Shown here in pieces: positions 33,310 to 46,236 of a stretch of 51,763 nucleotides of DNA. Position numbers and translations under genes: made by a program. The stretch's first letter is position 1, and every line of letters begins with the position of its first letter. The stretch is taken from NCBI RefSeq assembly GCF_001194135.2, contig NC_068985.1:43805101-43856863 (forward strand). Reading direction: 5' to 3'. Origin of the DNA: Octopus bimaculoides. Lineage: Eukaryota. The notes under the pieces were generated by a model. That model had not been told where the DNA came from. It made no database searches and saw only the letters and a program-made list of their open reading frames with translations.

Positions 33310-36200
33310 TGTAACTGTGATGTAAAGGAGGAAAAGACAGAAGCAGAGAGTGAATTATGGCAATCTTATCTGTCTATCTGGAAGGATCACTCACAACGTC
33401 CACATGTTCTGTCTGACGCTGTACCGTCTAACAAATCTGCTCTTGTATGCTGTCCACTTCCAACTGACTGCTGGTGCCTTGATGACCCTACAGCCCACTG
33501 TGGCCCTTTTGGTGGGACCCACAGGCCCCACTTCCGACAGGACATGTGTACTCCTTCACTTCCGGTCCTTCCTTACAACACAACCTGGCTCACAACACCA
33601 AACGCCCCCTCCCGATCTGAAGATCATTCAACCAACCTGCCCACACCCTCTCCTCAACCCTGACCACACGCCTTAACTTTTCTCCTAATCAGCCAACCAG
33701 CGAAGAGGGCACTGCTCCCTCTGCAACCAACGTGGGACTTCAGAACTGGCCTCAGCCTCTGGCATGTTGCTGCCAGCTTCGTCCCTTTGTCCATTACTGT
33801 TAACTCCATCCTCCGACGCATTGATGATCCTTCACACAGCCAAAACATGATGTTCCTCAAATTTACAGAGGTTATTGTCCTCTTTCCCCATTGTGATGTG
33901 CATCGGGTATTTGGGAGTTTAACCCAGATTTTTTCCCCAACCTGCATAAAGGCATGGTCTTTCTCTTCTGCTGGTTGCAGTAATGCAGTACATGGATGTC
34001 TCCACTCGTACTTGAATATTGCCCTGTGTGGCACTGATTCCTCAGCCCATCCCAATCTGGGTGACATATTATATCAAAAAACAGTCTTGACTGGTGAGAT
34101 GTGGCCCCTCTCTGCAATGGTCTTGATGATGTGATGATGCCTCTCCACAACCCCATTGCCACTTGTCAAGCATTTCCCTCAGTACCTCCAAGTGAAATGC
34201 AGTGCCATTGTCCACAAGCAGATCATCTACAGGGTCTTGTTCTAGGAATGTCTGATTTAGTATTCTTGTGATTTCCTCTGCGGTCCCCCTAGACTGGCAC
34301 CTGTCACAGCTCCTAACTGCTCTCTGCACACTCTGCCTGGTCACATCAGAGTCAACTTTCCTGTCCACCACCATGTGATGCATGGTATGCAGTCCCCTCA
34401 GCTCTGAGTCACTCATTCATCACACTGTAGCCACGCCTTACTCCAGATCCTCTGGCACCTGCAGCCAGCCTTTCTTTACTCTGGTCAGAATGTCTGCTCT
34501 ATTCCTCTCAGAGGGTACAAAAACCACACTCAGCTTCAGGTCAAACTCGGCAGCTAGCTTGCACAGAATTCCCAAAGAATTCCCTTATCAGCATCTCTGT
34601 GCCCCCTTTGGTTCACACCCTCCATTCGCTGGTGACCACTGATCCTACCCATCTAAGTACAGTGGCAGAATTAGTCCGGATCTTGATGGTGCGCAGCCCT
34701 CACCTCAGGGCCAGGTTCACCCCTTCAACACAGTATCCAGCTCTGTCACATTGATGTGGTTGCAGTTGTCCTTCTTCCTGAATCAGGCTGCATCCTCCAC
34801 CACGACACCTCCAATTTCCAGGACAATTCCTGTTGCTATGCTGCTAGCATCACACAACACAATCCCATTCTTCAATTTGGGCATGTACCAGTTTCCTCTT
34901 GGTTGAGTCACTCTCTCCAAGACTTCTTGCATCATGGCAATTGTCTTCTTACCCACTTTGTCACTCCACCTCACTCCTTCAGCTCATCTCTTGATGAAGC
35001 TGCATGCTGTCCGGAGCCATCCTGCAATCGGGTAGTGTCTCAGCAGCTTCCCACACGCAGAAAACAGTTCTCACCTACTCATCTCCTTCCCTCTCTGCAT
35101 CAGCCTTGTCTCTCCATAGCTTGAGTCACAGTGCAGCTCCTCCTTCCATCGCTTCTTGTGGTTTGGCAGTTAGCCTGAAACTCTTGAGGTAGCTTATGAC
35201 CTCCTTTGCCAACACTATACTCTTGTCCACCAGGATGTTGTCAATATAGGAATTGGTGGCTCTTTCACTTTGTCTGCCTTTTCCAGGATGGTTTTGAGAA
35301 TCGTCGCCATAATCTTTGGTACTGAATTCAACCTGAATCCCAACCTGGTCAGGCAGTATGTCTGACCCTTGTACCTTACTAGCTGATATTTCCACAGTCT
35401 CTCAGCTACATGCAGCTGCAGGTATGCCAGCTTTAAATTGACGATTGTGGAGATCCCTATCATCTGCCTCCACTCTCTCAAAGTTTTACTGCAAATGTCC
35501 ATGGCTTCGCTGCCCGTATGTCACAATACGTGGTTGTTCAGCTCTTGGAAATCTGATACCGGCCTGACTTTATGCTTCATCAGTGGCACCACTGCCATCT
35601 GTGGTAGCATCCACTCTCCGCTTTCTCCTTCCAAAGGATCAGAATGCCTTCCTTGATCCACTGTTCCACCTCTCCCCCGAACTCACTTTTGGCATCTCCT
35701 TTCAGGGTATGCTTATAGTAGCCTACTGCGTTTTTCAATGTCGGAGGATCTCCCTTCCAGTACCATTCCACTGTTCACTGCTGGCTGTCGAACACAGTTC
35801 GAAAATGCTTGTCTGCAATGGTGTGTGCAGCACGTTTTTCTTCACAGCTCTCACCACTCTCCTGTCATGGACTCATGGTGCATAGCGCCCCTGCATCACC
35901 GAATGTTGCACTGGCTTCATTGACTGTGACACCTCACAAATGGACAATGGTGTCAATCCCCATCACCACATCGATTCTGTCCACCACGCAGTTGATCACA
36001 ATTGCATGCAACCTCAATCTCGTTCCCCGTACCACCGTCTCCATATCGCAACTTCCTCTGCATTCAACTTCTGTACCGTCAACAGCCCTTACATTACTCA
36101 CTCCACTCCATTCTTCTACCACCTTTGGAGTAATTAGGGTTGTAATTAGAGTCACAGTGCATTCAAGAGAATGTGAAATAAGTTTTGTTTTTTTAGCATT
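33310..36200 (-). mobile_element. Decayed Ty3/Gypsy LTR retrotransposon (PR-RT-RH-IN order) with a probable 3' LTR at about 33310-33597
   Basis: Protease-like DVVMGIDTI (about 35950-36100), RT LKLAYLQL..LGFRLNSVPK and SYIDN (35130-35500), RNase H LCDASSIATG (34760-34970), integrase CDRCQ, VDNGTAF (34070-34400). Purine tract GGGAGGGGGCG precedes TGTTGTG on the minus strand. No 5' LTR seen. Confidence 0.85.
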
Positions 36201-37239
36201 GAATCTCAAAGCGCATAAAGCTATAAGTGATAGTATGTAAATATTGAGTTGAAAAGCCCTTTTTGGAAGAAAAATTTGGAGGCTGCACTTCTGAGATGTG
36301 AAGTGCATATGGGACACAACTCATCTCCTGTAGACATGACAAGCTTTTGGGGGTTACTATTTATAGCTTCATGTCCTCCAAGAATGGCTTTTCTAAAAAA
36401 GAATTTATTATAAGTCTTCATTATTGCTTTGTTAATTAGGAATAAAAACTCAAATGTATTGATAAGAGAGGGTGAGGTGATTAAAAGATTGTGTGACTTT
36501 CATGGCTTTTTCACAAGCATTAGGAATGTAATTGGAATTAAATGTTTACAATTAGAAAATTGAAACTGGCTTACAAGATACCAGTAACCAAGAGCTTGCT
36601 TCCTCTTACAATCAATATTGGTTACTCACATTGGCAGGTTGAAGGAAAAAGAGATTTTTTTGGAGGTGCAAAGATCAATATTACAAGTTACAATCAATCA
36701 ATATGCTCAGACTGGTTTCTTTATGCATTTTTTCCTTCCCCCCATTATTCACATTTTTTTTTGTTTCTCATCTTCCTTCTATTAACTGAAAATGTCATGA
36801 AGAGCTTTCTGACTTTATTTCTTTTGAGAAATATTCTAAGCCAGAACCAATACTGATTAGTTGACTTCAGTAGCAGACTGATATAGGCTTCTAAGCCAAG
36901 TGAAAGCCAGCATTCTTATAAAGTCATTCCTCAGCAGTAATGTGATTACGGTACAAATAACATTTAAGTCAGCATTATTGAATTTCCGTTCTGCAGTCAT
37001 CAAAAGCTGCAATGCAGAATAGATACAATGTCAAAGTCAAACAAGTTTTTGGTGGCATAGAAGATGACCTTCCATATTTTTATATTTATTTATTTATTCT
37101 TAAAGAACGGGCAAAAGCTTAACTTTTGGTAAATTATTTCTGTCATTAATTATTGTTTGTGAAATAATACTAGTTCCTTAAAATGAAGATTGAATTAAAT
37201 ATTTTATATGAAGGGCCCTTTTTTGTTGTTATATCTATT

Positions 37240-37670
37240 ATTTTTTAACCCCAGGTCAACCCTGATTGAGCAGAACTTTGACCTGAAGTATTCTGGCTAC
37301 GACCATCCCTTAATTTTTAAGAGTGTATGGGACTGCATTATCTAAAATCTACATTTTTTAAAGCCAATACAGTGTGATTTGAGGTAGATTTGACTGTTAT
37401 TTCTAGTAAGTTGCTCAACTTCATGAAGGCTGTCTTGGTTTGCTTTTTGTGTTAGACCAGAAAGCAGTTGCTTTTAGCTCAAGGTCAGCCATGTTCAAGC
37501 AGACCTGTTGCTAAAAGCAATCCATCCACGACCATCCCATCTTTTTGCATATCTGGAACTATTTTGTCCAAAATGTCTTTTCTGTTTTATGATTGTAGAA
37601 TGTGGTTAGAAAAAAAAATTGATTACTATTTCTATTGAGTCAAATAACCTCATAGATGCTTCCTTACTGA
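37240..37670 (+). repeat. Two tandem copies of an unclassified interspersed repeat (ACCATCCC...GATTTGGCTGCTATTTCTAGCA family)
   Basis: The same blocks recur at about 22910, 40200-40290, 48800-48870 and in the 12145-12261 inverted repeat. Confidence 0.6.
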
Positions 37671-37799
37671 TCTTAAAGAATTTAGTTTACAACATAGATT
37701 GTAACCCTACCCATAGTATGTAAATTTTGTCCCATTAACTCTATTGCATATCAAAGACAGCTTTTAAATGTCTGGTCATTTCCTGTTCTCAGCTTGTAA

Positions 37800-38062
37800 G
37801 TTAAATTAGTGCACATATGAGGAACAAAACCTCACCTATCCCTTAGTAAAATTAGTGCAAATATGAGGAATAAAACCTCACATATCCCTTAGTAAAATTG
37901 GTGTACATATGAAGAATAAAAGTCACCTATGTCCTAGTAAAACTAGCATATGTATAGGGAATATAACTCATTTGTCCCCAAGTAAATTTGGTGCACATAT
38001 AGGAAATAAAACTCACATCCCCCTTGTAAAATTGGTATACGTATACAGGAATAAAAGCCATC
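37800..38062 (+). repeat. 45-46 bp minisatellite, about 6 diverged copies
   Basis: Unit like AGTAAAATTAGTGCAAATATGAGGAATAAAACCTCACATATCCCTT. Confidence 0.85.
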
Positions 38063-38639
38063 TTCTTTGTAGTCTCATAAATTTTCTTGAATTTCCCATT
38101 TTCCATTTTAAACATGCATTATTTCTTCTACAAATGAAATATCTGCCAAGTTCTGCCAATTTAATAAATGGCCGTATAAATCTTTATTATTTTCATGTGA
38201 AAAATATTTCCATCTTTTGTGGCATTCCACATTAGTTTCCTTTCATGTTTTAATAGTAATTAAATTTTTCTACAAGAAATATAGCTATGTTTTCTTTTAA
38301 CAATTATAATATAGTGTATGAGATTATATTGAGGAAACTAGTAGACAAAAAGTGCAGGAAGCCTATTTAAGATTTAATAAGTGCAAAGCTCTTTTGTTTA
38401 GGTCAAGACAGCTCTTGGAGTTTGCGGTTATCTGAATTAGTTAATGCATGCACATATATATGTGTGTTCTGTGCAGATTTATATTGTGTATGTGTTTGCA
38501 TATGAATAAACCTGCATTCATGAGTGCGTGTGTCGCAACAGAACATGAGTGTGTATGTTTCATTAGTTTGTATGTGTGTGAATATGTATTCCATATGTAT
38601 AAGTAATTGCGTGTCTGTTTACCCAGGAACCTCAAATTG

Positions 38640-39830
38640 AGAATCCCTGAAATGCTATGCAAATTTTATGTTTTCCTAATCAATTGCATCTGGAGTATGC
38701 AAATCAGTCTAGTCTGTCCTTTTTTTGGAGTACCTGAGTATTTTTTAAGGTTTCTATGCAGATCTGTTGCATTTATGATGATAGGAACAAATGAAAATCT
38801 GTAACCTGAGTACAAGAGCTGTAAGTTTCTCATCAGTTTTCCATAGATGTTCCCCAACTTTTGAATAGACATTCTCATCTACTGGGCAGCTGATCTCTAC
38901 AGTGGTGCATGACTTTTCCTCCCTGTCTCATACAGCTATATCTGGTCCTCTGTATTTACACCAGGTTACTATTTCTATTGGAATGTTCCAACAGTATTTT
39001 TTATTTTTTAAAATGTGGATACTTTCTGTTCTGGTGTACTTTTAGTATGGCAATCAGGACAATCCTTCTTTCAATATAGCACTGTAGACCATCTTTGCAA
39101 CAATGTCATGTTTCTGTGAGAGGTAGTCTTTTGAGGACATTTTTGGACAGCTACTGATATGAGTAACACCTTGCATCCTGCTATGGCATAATCAACATTT
39201 CCTATCACAGTGTTGAGGGTTTAGACATATCCTTATCTCTTTTGTTGATCAGGTATTTATTTGCTATTTCCTGTTCCATTATAGCAAATGAATAGCCTTC
39301 TGGGTGAGATGTAATGTATTTATAATCACAGGTATTAGAGAGGCTGGTATTTTTGTCAATGTTACTAGAATTCTCTGTGGAGGCACAATGGCCCAGTAGT
39401 TAGGGCAGCAGACTCATGGTCATAGGATCGTGGTTTCGATTCCCAGACCGGGCGTTGTGAGTGTTTATTGAGCGAAAAGTACCTAAAGCCCCACGAGGCT
39501 CCAGCAGGGGATGGTGGCGAACCCTGCTGTACTCTTTCACCACAACTTTCTCGCACTCTTACTTTCGGTTTCTGTTGTGCCTGTAATTCAAAGGGTCAGC
39601 CTTGTCATACTGTGTCATGCTGAATATCCCCGAGAACTACGTTAAGGGTACATGTGTCTGTGGAGTGCACGTTAATTTCACGAGCAGGCTGTTCCGTTGA
39701 TCGGATCAACTGGAACCCTCAACGTCGCAAGTGACAGAGTGCCAACAACATACACTAGAATTCTCTAGCTTGCAGGATTTGTACCATGCATGACATTCTG
39801 CTGGTATGATGTGCATGTCTCTGTTTAAGT
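38640..39830 (-). mobile_element. Decayed RLE-type (R4/Dong/NeSL-like) LINE 3' coding region, interrupted by a SINE
   Basis: Minus-strand fragments EGYSFAIMEQEI, C..LC..THI.SC (knuckle), KHDIVAK, WNIPI..PDI..VEISCP and IYGKLMRNLQLLY..FVPIII. Confidence 0.75.
39377..39753 (+). mobile_element. Full-length SINE family B with 13-bp TSD
   Basis: TSD ACTAGAATTCTCT at 39364-39376 and 39754-39766; several CpG-to-TpG/CpA changes relative to the 5534 and 20606 copies. Confidence 0.92.
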
Positions 39831-41334
39831 AGGTCACTCCAACCACCTTTGGTTCACAAGGAGCAGTGAGAATATGTGTCCATGTTTATATATTCCATGC
39901 TTTTTATCACTTGAGTGAAGCAGTGTTGATATTGACCTTCTGCTTTGACATCATTAACTGGACACTCTGCACTTCCAAAGACCTGCAGAATAAAGATGTC
40001 TCATATTTGATAAAAAAAAAAGTAAAGGTTGGCATCAGGAAGAGCATCCAACTGAAAAATCTTGTGTCTAATAAATCTCTACTCAAACCTGTGTACATTT
40101 GGAAAAATGGATGTCAAACACATGAACAAATGACCAATCATCAAATTGTATTTACTCCATGTTAAATGTGACTGATAAAACCTATAACTGAAGACTTTCA
40201 GGATATGACCATCCCATCTTTTCCAATGTCTCCTTCCTTTTATTTTTTTATTTTTAATGGCTGTGAGATTTGGTTGCTATTTCTAGCATGTTCCCTCATT
40301 GGCTTGTATTGCTAAATATTGAAATCAGCAGTAAATTAAATATGTATAACTTAATACTTAAATCTTCTAATTAGTCTGTCTTAATGGTAATGTAGTTGAT
40401 CAACATATATAGTGATAATTACTGTCCTGAAGGACTTCTAATATGATAAATGCAAAAACTCATTTCTGTGTGTCAGTGTATCACACTTTCACCCCCTCTC
40501 TCATTTTTCAAAGACTTCTACTATTGCTCATGTTGGGGTGAGAGTAATTGTAGGCATAAAGATGGTGAGGGCAGTGGTGAAGACAGAGAGAGAGAGAGAG
40601 AGAGAGAGAAATAAAGAAAAAGAGAGGGAGAGAAAGAGAGACAGAAATTTAGGGAGAGTTGATGATGTTTTATTAAAAGTAGTAGTGTTGATGGTGGCAG
40701 TGGGGGTAATAACAAGAGAGAGAGAAAGAGTGGGTATGTGAGAGAAAGAGAGACTGAACACTGAACTAACATATTGAATGAACAAACACACATTTAGCCT
40801 TTTTGTGATGGTAATGAAGTCATAGTAATAGTATTAGCTGTAGTTGTGATAGAAGCAGAGGCGGCGGTGATGATGGTGGTGGTAGCCAAGGTGGTCAGGG
40901 ATGACAGTGAGAGTAAGCGATGTGAAAGACAGTGGTGATGGTGGTGGAAGGGAAGGCAGTGAAGTCAAAGGTATTGATTGTGGTGGCATCAGAAGTCTGA
41001 ATGGTGTGCGTATGGCAGATGTGGTAGCAATGGTGGTGATACTGTTGTTTATCATGCAGCTTTGCAATAAGTTCCAAGTCGACAAATTATATCATTGTTT
41101 TGATGAAAATTGTTTATTACTTGAAATATATCGTTCAAGTTTAATAAAATTTAATATGTACTCAATGCATGAAGTGTCATTATTGGGCTCAAGGGCTAAT
41201 GAAGAACCCTCCACAGGAGCTAGCTTAAGAGCCGCCCTATCGGGTGGCTTTTAAGCTAATTATAAATAACTCTTTCTGATTAACATGGCATCAGTTTTAT
41301 CCTTGTATTAAAAGCGTTCAGTATTTCTCTATGT

Positions 41335-41411
41335 CTGTCTCAGTCTATCTATATCAGTCTCTCTGGCTGTCTATGTCAGTTTGTCTGTCTGTCTCTGTCT
41401 TTCTGTCTGTC

Positions 41412-41473
<62 letters not shown>

Positions 41474-41560
41474 TCCCTCTCACTATGTGAATGTGTCTTT
41501 CTCTGTGTCTCTGTCTGTTTGTCTCTGTCTCTCTTTCTCTCTGTGTGTCTGTGTCTCTCT
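41335..41560. repeat. (TCTG)/(GT)n/(CT) microsatellite tract
   Basis: Directly visible. Confidence 0.9.
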
Positions 41561-42235
41561 CCCCACCCCCTAGTGTAATGAATTTACTATGCTGACGTAC
41601 TCCAATATTTAAATGGTAACCACCCTCATGTAGATAAACCTTGCTCAGTTTCAAACCACAACTATTGAATCTTAAATTAGTTTTAAATGAATAAAAATAA
41701 TAATAATTTCTGAAATTGTTTCAAAGTTTCAACTAGAAACTTGAAGCTTGTCTATAATTAATTTTATTAACCTTTTTACTAGTAATTAATTGATAATTGC
41801 TTCATTGGCCTTGGGGGAATAAAAAGACAAAGTTGATTTCACTGAGATTTTTAATAGGAAAAATAGAACACTTCACTCTTTTAGAAGTCTTGATTCTGTT
41901 TTCATGATGATGATGATGATGATGATGATGGTGGAAAGGAGAGGAGTAGGAGGAGGAGAAGAAGAAGAAGAAGAATACTTGCATAGAAACAAGGCCACTA
42001 ATTTGGAGAGTGGGGTTAATCAATTAAATCAACCCTAGTACTTCATTAGTGTTTTGTTTTATTGACTCCTAGAAGGAGAAAAGATAAAGCTGACTTTGGT
42101 AGTATTTGAACTCAGAATGTAAAGGGCCAGAACAAATAATCCCAAGACATTTCTTTTGATGCTCTTACAAATTTGCCAATCTACCATGCTAATGATGATA
42201 ATGATGATGATGATGATGATTTCAAATTTAATATG

Positions 42236-42272
<37 letters not shown>

Positions 42273-42557
42273 GTGGTTTCTAATTTTGGCAGAAAGCCAC
42301 TAATTTTGAGGATAGGTCATAAGTTGATACCATTGAGTCTAGAAGCTGAATGATACTTTATTATATCAACTCTGGAAGAATGAAATCCAAAGTTGATTGC
42401 AGCAAGTTTTGAACTCCAGATGTAAACAACTGAAACAGATACTGTAAAGCATTTCTTCTGAAATGTAATGATTCTGTCATATTAACAGTGACTCTAGGCC
42501 AGTAATTTGGAGGGAAGTGTATAATTATGGTGATAATGCTGATGATGATGATGATAT

Positions 42558-42770
42558 TTCTTCCTAATATAGGCACAAAGCCTGAAATTTTTGTTGGGTG
42601 GGCTAGGATTACATTGATTCCAATGCTCAGCTGGTACTTATTTCATTGGTCCTGAAAAAATGGAAGGCAAAATCGATCTTGGTGGAATTTGAACTCATAA
42701 TGTAAAGCCGGAAGAGATACCATTAAGCATTTTGTCTGCCAAACTAATGATTCTGCAAGCTAGCTACCTT
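42558..42770 (-). mobile_element. SINE family A flanked by (GAT)n and (AAT)n
   Basis: Diagnostic blocks; a further partial copy lies at about 42040-42190. Confidence 0.8.
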
Positions 42771-42771
42771 A

Positions 42772-42812
<41 letters not shown>

Positions 42813-42817
<5 letters not shown>

Positions 42818-43040
42818 TTCAAATACATAACAAAAACACCAGGACTTACAAATATATATAACATACAGAAAATTGCACTACTGGGCACTGCACACATCCT
42901 ATGCAAAACACTTTCAATACAGTAACCATAAGAGCATCACAGCAAACCACAGCACATACCCAAGGCACACAGAGCTGCACTTGGTAGTGAAGTGAAAGCA
43001 CACTATAAAAATAAAACTACTGAATAATAATAATAATAAT
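42813..43040 (+). mobile_element. 3' end of an R4/Dong-type LINE with (AAT)n tail
   Basis: KYITKTPGLTNIYNIQKIALLGTAHILCKTLSIQ* (42821-42925), matching the terminal QK.ALLGTA.IL motif of RLE LINEs; (AAT)n on both sides. Confidence 0.8.
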
Positions 43041-43042
43041 AA

Positions 43043-43240
43043 CCCTTTCCATTATAGACACAAGATTTGAAGTTTGTGTGGAGGGGTGGGGGGCAACCAA
43101 TTGCTATTTCATTAACCCTAAAATGTTGGAAGTGAAGTTGACCTCAGTGGAATCTGAACTCAAAACATAAAGTCAAACAAAATGCCACGAAGCATTTATG
43201 TCTGGCATGTTAACAGTTCAGTCAGTTTGCCGCCTTAATA

Positions 43241-43275
<35 letters not shown>

Positions 43276-43459
43276 AATAATCTTTTTTACGATAGGCACA
43301 AGGCCTGAAATTTTTGGGATACTTGACTGGTGCTTAATTTATTGACCCTGAAATGATGAAAGGCAAAGTCGACCTCGGTGGAATTTGAACTCAGATAGAC
43401 AGACAAAATACTGCTGAGCATTTCGCCTGGCATGCTAATGACTCTGCCAGCTCACCACC

Positions 43460-43461
<2 letters not shown>
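43043..43461 (-). mobile_element. Two tandem SINE family A copies (43043-43236, 43281-43461) separated by (AAT)n
   Basis: Diagnostic blocks; each head abuts TAATAATAA. Confidence 0.85.
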
Positions 43462-43497
<36 letters not shown>

Positions 43498-43524
43498 TAA
43501 TAATAATAATAATCATCATCATCA

Positions 43525-44075
43525 GGTAGTGGGTCTCATGGCTTCTGATCTTAACTGGTTGGAAGTGTTATCATGTACATTGTTTTGTCTTGGTATAAAA
43601 GATGGGCTACAGCAAATATTCTGCTCAATACCACAAATTTGCTTGACAGTTACTTGACCTTGACCAGTTGAGCATGTCCCTTAGTGGCTGACGATATGTG
43701 CATCTCTGATCATGAGCAGAAGTAGTGGGGGAGCATCATAGCCATGTGTTGATAGGAATTCTTTGGGGTTTGGATAGTTCATCTCTGGAAACATGGGTGT
43801 TTCGTTCATCATCCTTAAACAACCCTTTTTCAGGGACCTTTTGAGCAGGATGGGCTACTCGACCTGAAGAAAATTCTAACTGGGCCCCACCAGCAAGATC
43901 ATGCACTGTTTATCCTCATATATGAGAACACTATGTCACACACATATGGTTGTGATGCATGTGCCTGGTGTACCCTTATCAGACTGGTAGTCATGGTGGG
44001 TATATTGAGTTTTGTATATTTTACCCTTGTGCCACTTTGATGACATGCACTGCTCTCTCACTCAATAATAATGAT
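43525..44075 (+). repeat. Unclassified element of about 550 bp between (CAT)n and (AAT)n tracts; possible LINE 3' UTR or SINE
   Basis: Complex sequence inside the SINE nest, ending in CAATAATAATGATGATAAT; no ORF recognised. Confidence 0.45.
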
Positions 44076-44080
44076 GATAA

Positions 44081-44262
44081 TCCTTTCTACTATAGGCACA
44101 AGGCCTGAAATTGTGGGGAAGGGGTAAGTCAATTACATTAACCCCAAAAGGATGAAAGGCATAGTTGACTTCAGTGAAATTTGAACTCAGAACGTAGCGG
44201 CAGATGAAATACTGCTAAGCATTTTGCCCAGCTTGCTAACGATTCTGCCAGCTTGCCTCCTT
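44081..44262 (-). mobile_element. SINE family A
   Basis: Diagnostic blocks; the head abuts (AAT)n(AAC)n. Confidence 0.85.
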
Positions 44263-44297
44263 AATAATAATAATAACAACAACAACAACAACAATAA

Positions 44298-44655
44298 TCC
44301 ATCATGCACATAATAAATTCCTGTAGTCCTTTGGCACAGAAAGATCATAGATGTAGACATGACTGTGTGGCCAAGGCACTACACTAGGACATATTACAGC
44401 AAAGAGGATTTAAAGGTGGAAGAAAATGGTATGAACGTCAACCAGAAAGGGTAATAGAGAATGACCAATATGTAATTTTATGGGATCTTAATGTACAGAC
44501 TGATTACGAAATTCATGCCAGGTTACCAGATATCATGGTTCCTGCCAAGGGGAAAAAAGAGTGTACCATCATAGATGTGGTTATATCTGTGGACATGAAT
44601 GTAGCAGTCAAAGAACAGGAGAAAATAAGAAAATACCAAGTTTTGATATTTCAAG
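44298..44655 (+). mobile_element. R4/Dong-type LINE fragment: knuckle end plus RLE domain
   Basis: SIMHIINSCSPLAQKDHRCRHDCVAKALH*DIL..KWYERQPERVIEND..ILWDLNVQTDYEIHARLPDIM..CTIIDVVIS..KEQEKIRKYQ; TAG replaces Trp at 44385-44387. Confidence 0.85.
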
Positions 44656-45453
44656 TTTAACCTCAACATGATTTGAACTCAGTTTATGGAAATATGAAGT
44701 TGAGTCTTGAGAAGCATCTAGTGTGGTGCATTACTGCTTCAGGCATTCCGCAAATAATGACTAACTCTATGGAAACCTTTCAAGATAATTATAATGCAGG
44801 ACTTCAAGGAAATGTGTTTTAGTGAAGAAGCACATGAAATAGAATAACTATTGGAAAGTAAGTATCTCATTTATTGGCATCAGCTCAAGAAATATCAAAA
44901 TAATGGTTATTTTGAAGGAGTAAAATCAGAAACATTAGAATGACGTATGCTTTTTTGAACTGTGTGAGCAGATCAAAAAAGTTTCTCTCAAATATTAAGA
45001 ATATCATGGTTCATGATGACAGTATTTTGGATTATGTATGCATAAGAAATATTAACACAGTAATTACATCTATCTATCCATCTATCTATATAGTATTATA
45101 TATCATATGATATGCACATATATGTATATATATTATATATATCATATGATATGTTTATATATGGTATATATATATAATATTATACATATATCATTTTTTC
45201 ACAGTGCTTAAGAGTCAATGCTGTTGTCTACGCAGAGGTCCTGGAGAAAGTTGTGAAGCCTTGTATGTATATATCTATATCCATTTATCTATCTATCACA
45301 GTATCAAAAGTGTTGTTACATACCACTGGTCACAATGCGCTTCACATTGCTTTAGCTTTCAAATGATGCCACCCCACTGGTTTGGCAGGCAGGTCAACAT
45401 TCTCTCTTCACAAAACACCACTCCATTGCAGGGTTACCCATTGCAGCTGAGTA

Positions 45454-45498
<45 letters not shown>

Positions 45499-46190
45499 TT
45501 TGTCATTTATTTTTTACTTCTTTCAGTCATTAGATTGTGGCCATGTTGGGGCACCACCCTAGAGAATTTTTTTAGTTAAACGAATTGACCACAGAAATAT
45601 TGCTATGTTACTTAGGTAAATATTTGAATTATATTACGGCAGAAAACTTGGAATACATATTGGTGTAGGATCACTTATATATGACAAAATTCAATTAAAA
45701 AATTTTACTCTGTAAATATTACTACCTTATTTCTACTGTAAGTAAATGATATTACTATATTAAGTAGTGATGTATTACCAAGGAAATTGTTTATATAATA
45801 CCATACTATACTTACATATATACAGAGAGACAGGCTGGCAGGCAAGCCAAGGGGATCAAATAAATTTTGGTAAATTAACCTAGAAGTGTCTCCATGTACC
45901 TTTGGATAAGCAGATTATTCTGGAAAATGTATTCCAGCTAATTCAACTGGTCAATTCAGCAAGAATGATATCTAATATGTTACAGACTCATATTTGGAAC
46001 AAACCATGCTATCAAAATGCTTGTAGTGATGTTTTGTATACTATTAGAATATATATTTACACCCACACACGTGTGTGTATGTGTGGCCTGCCCTCTTACC
46101 AAGAGAATGGCATCATTCAAAAGCTAAAACAATGTGAAGTGCACTGTAACCAGTGGTGTATAGCAGAATGTGATACTCTGGTTGATACCA

Positions 46191-46236
<46 letters not shown>

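Noticed and set aside
36845-37015. Short open frames with possible splice sites
   Set aside because: No recognisable homology and weak splice signals; chance is as likely.
37800-38062. CRISPR-like array
   Set aside because: Contiguous diverged tandem units with no unique spacers, in a eukaryotic context.
45205-45265. RVNAVVYAEVLEKVVKP, resembling a mariner-type transposase segment
   Set aside because: Too short and without TIRs to call as an element.
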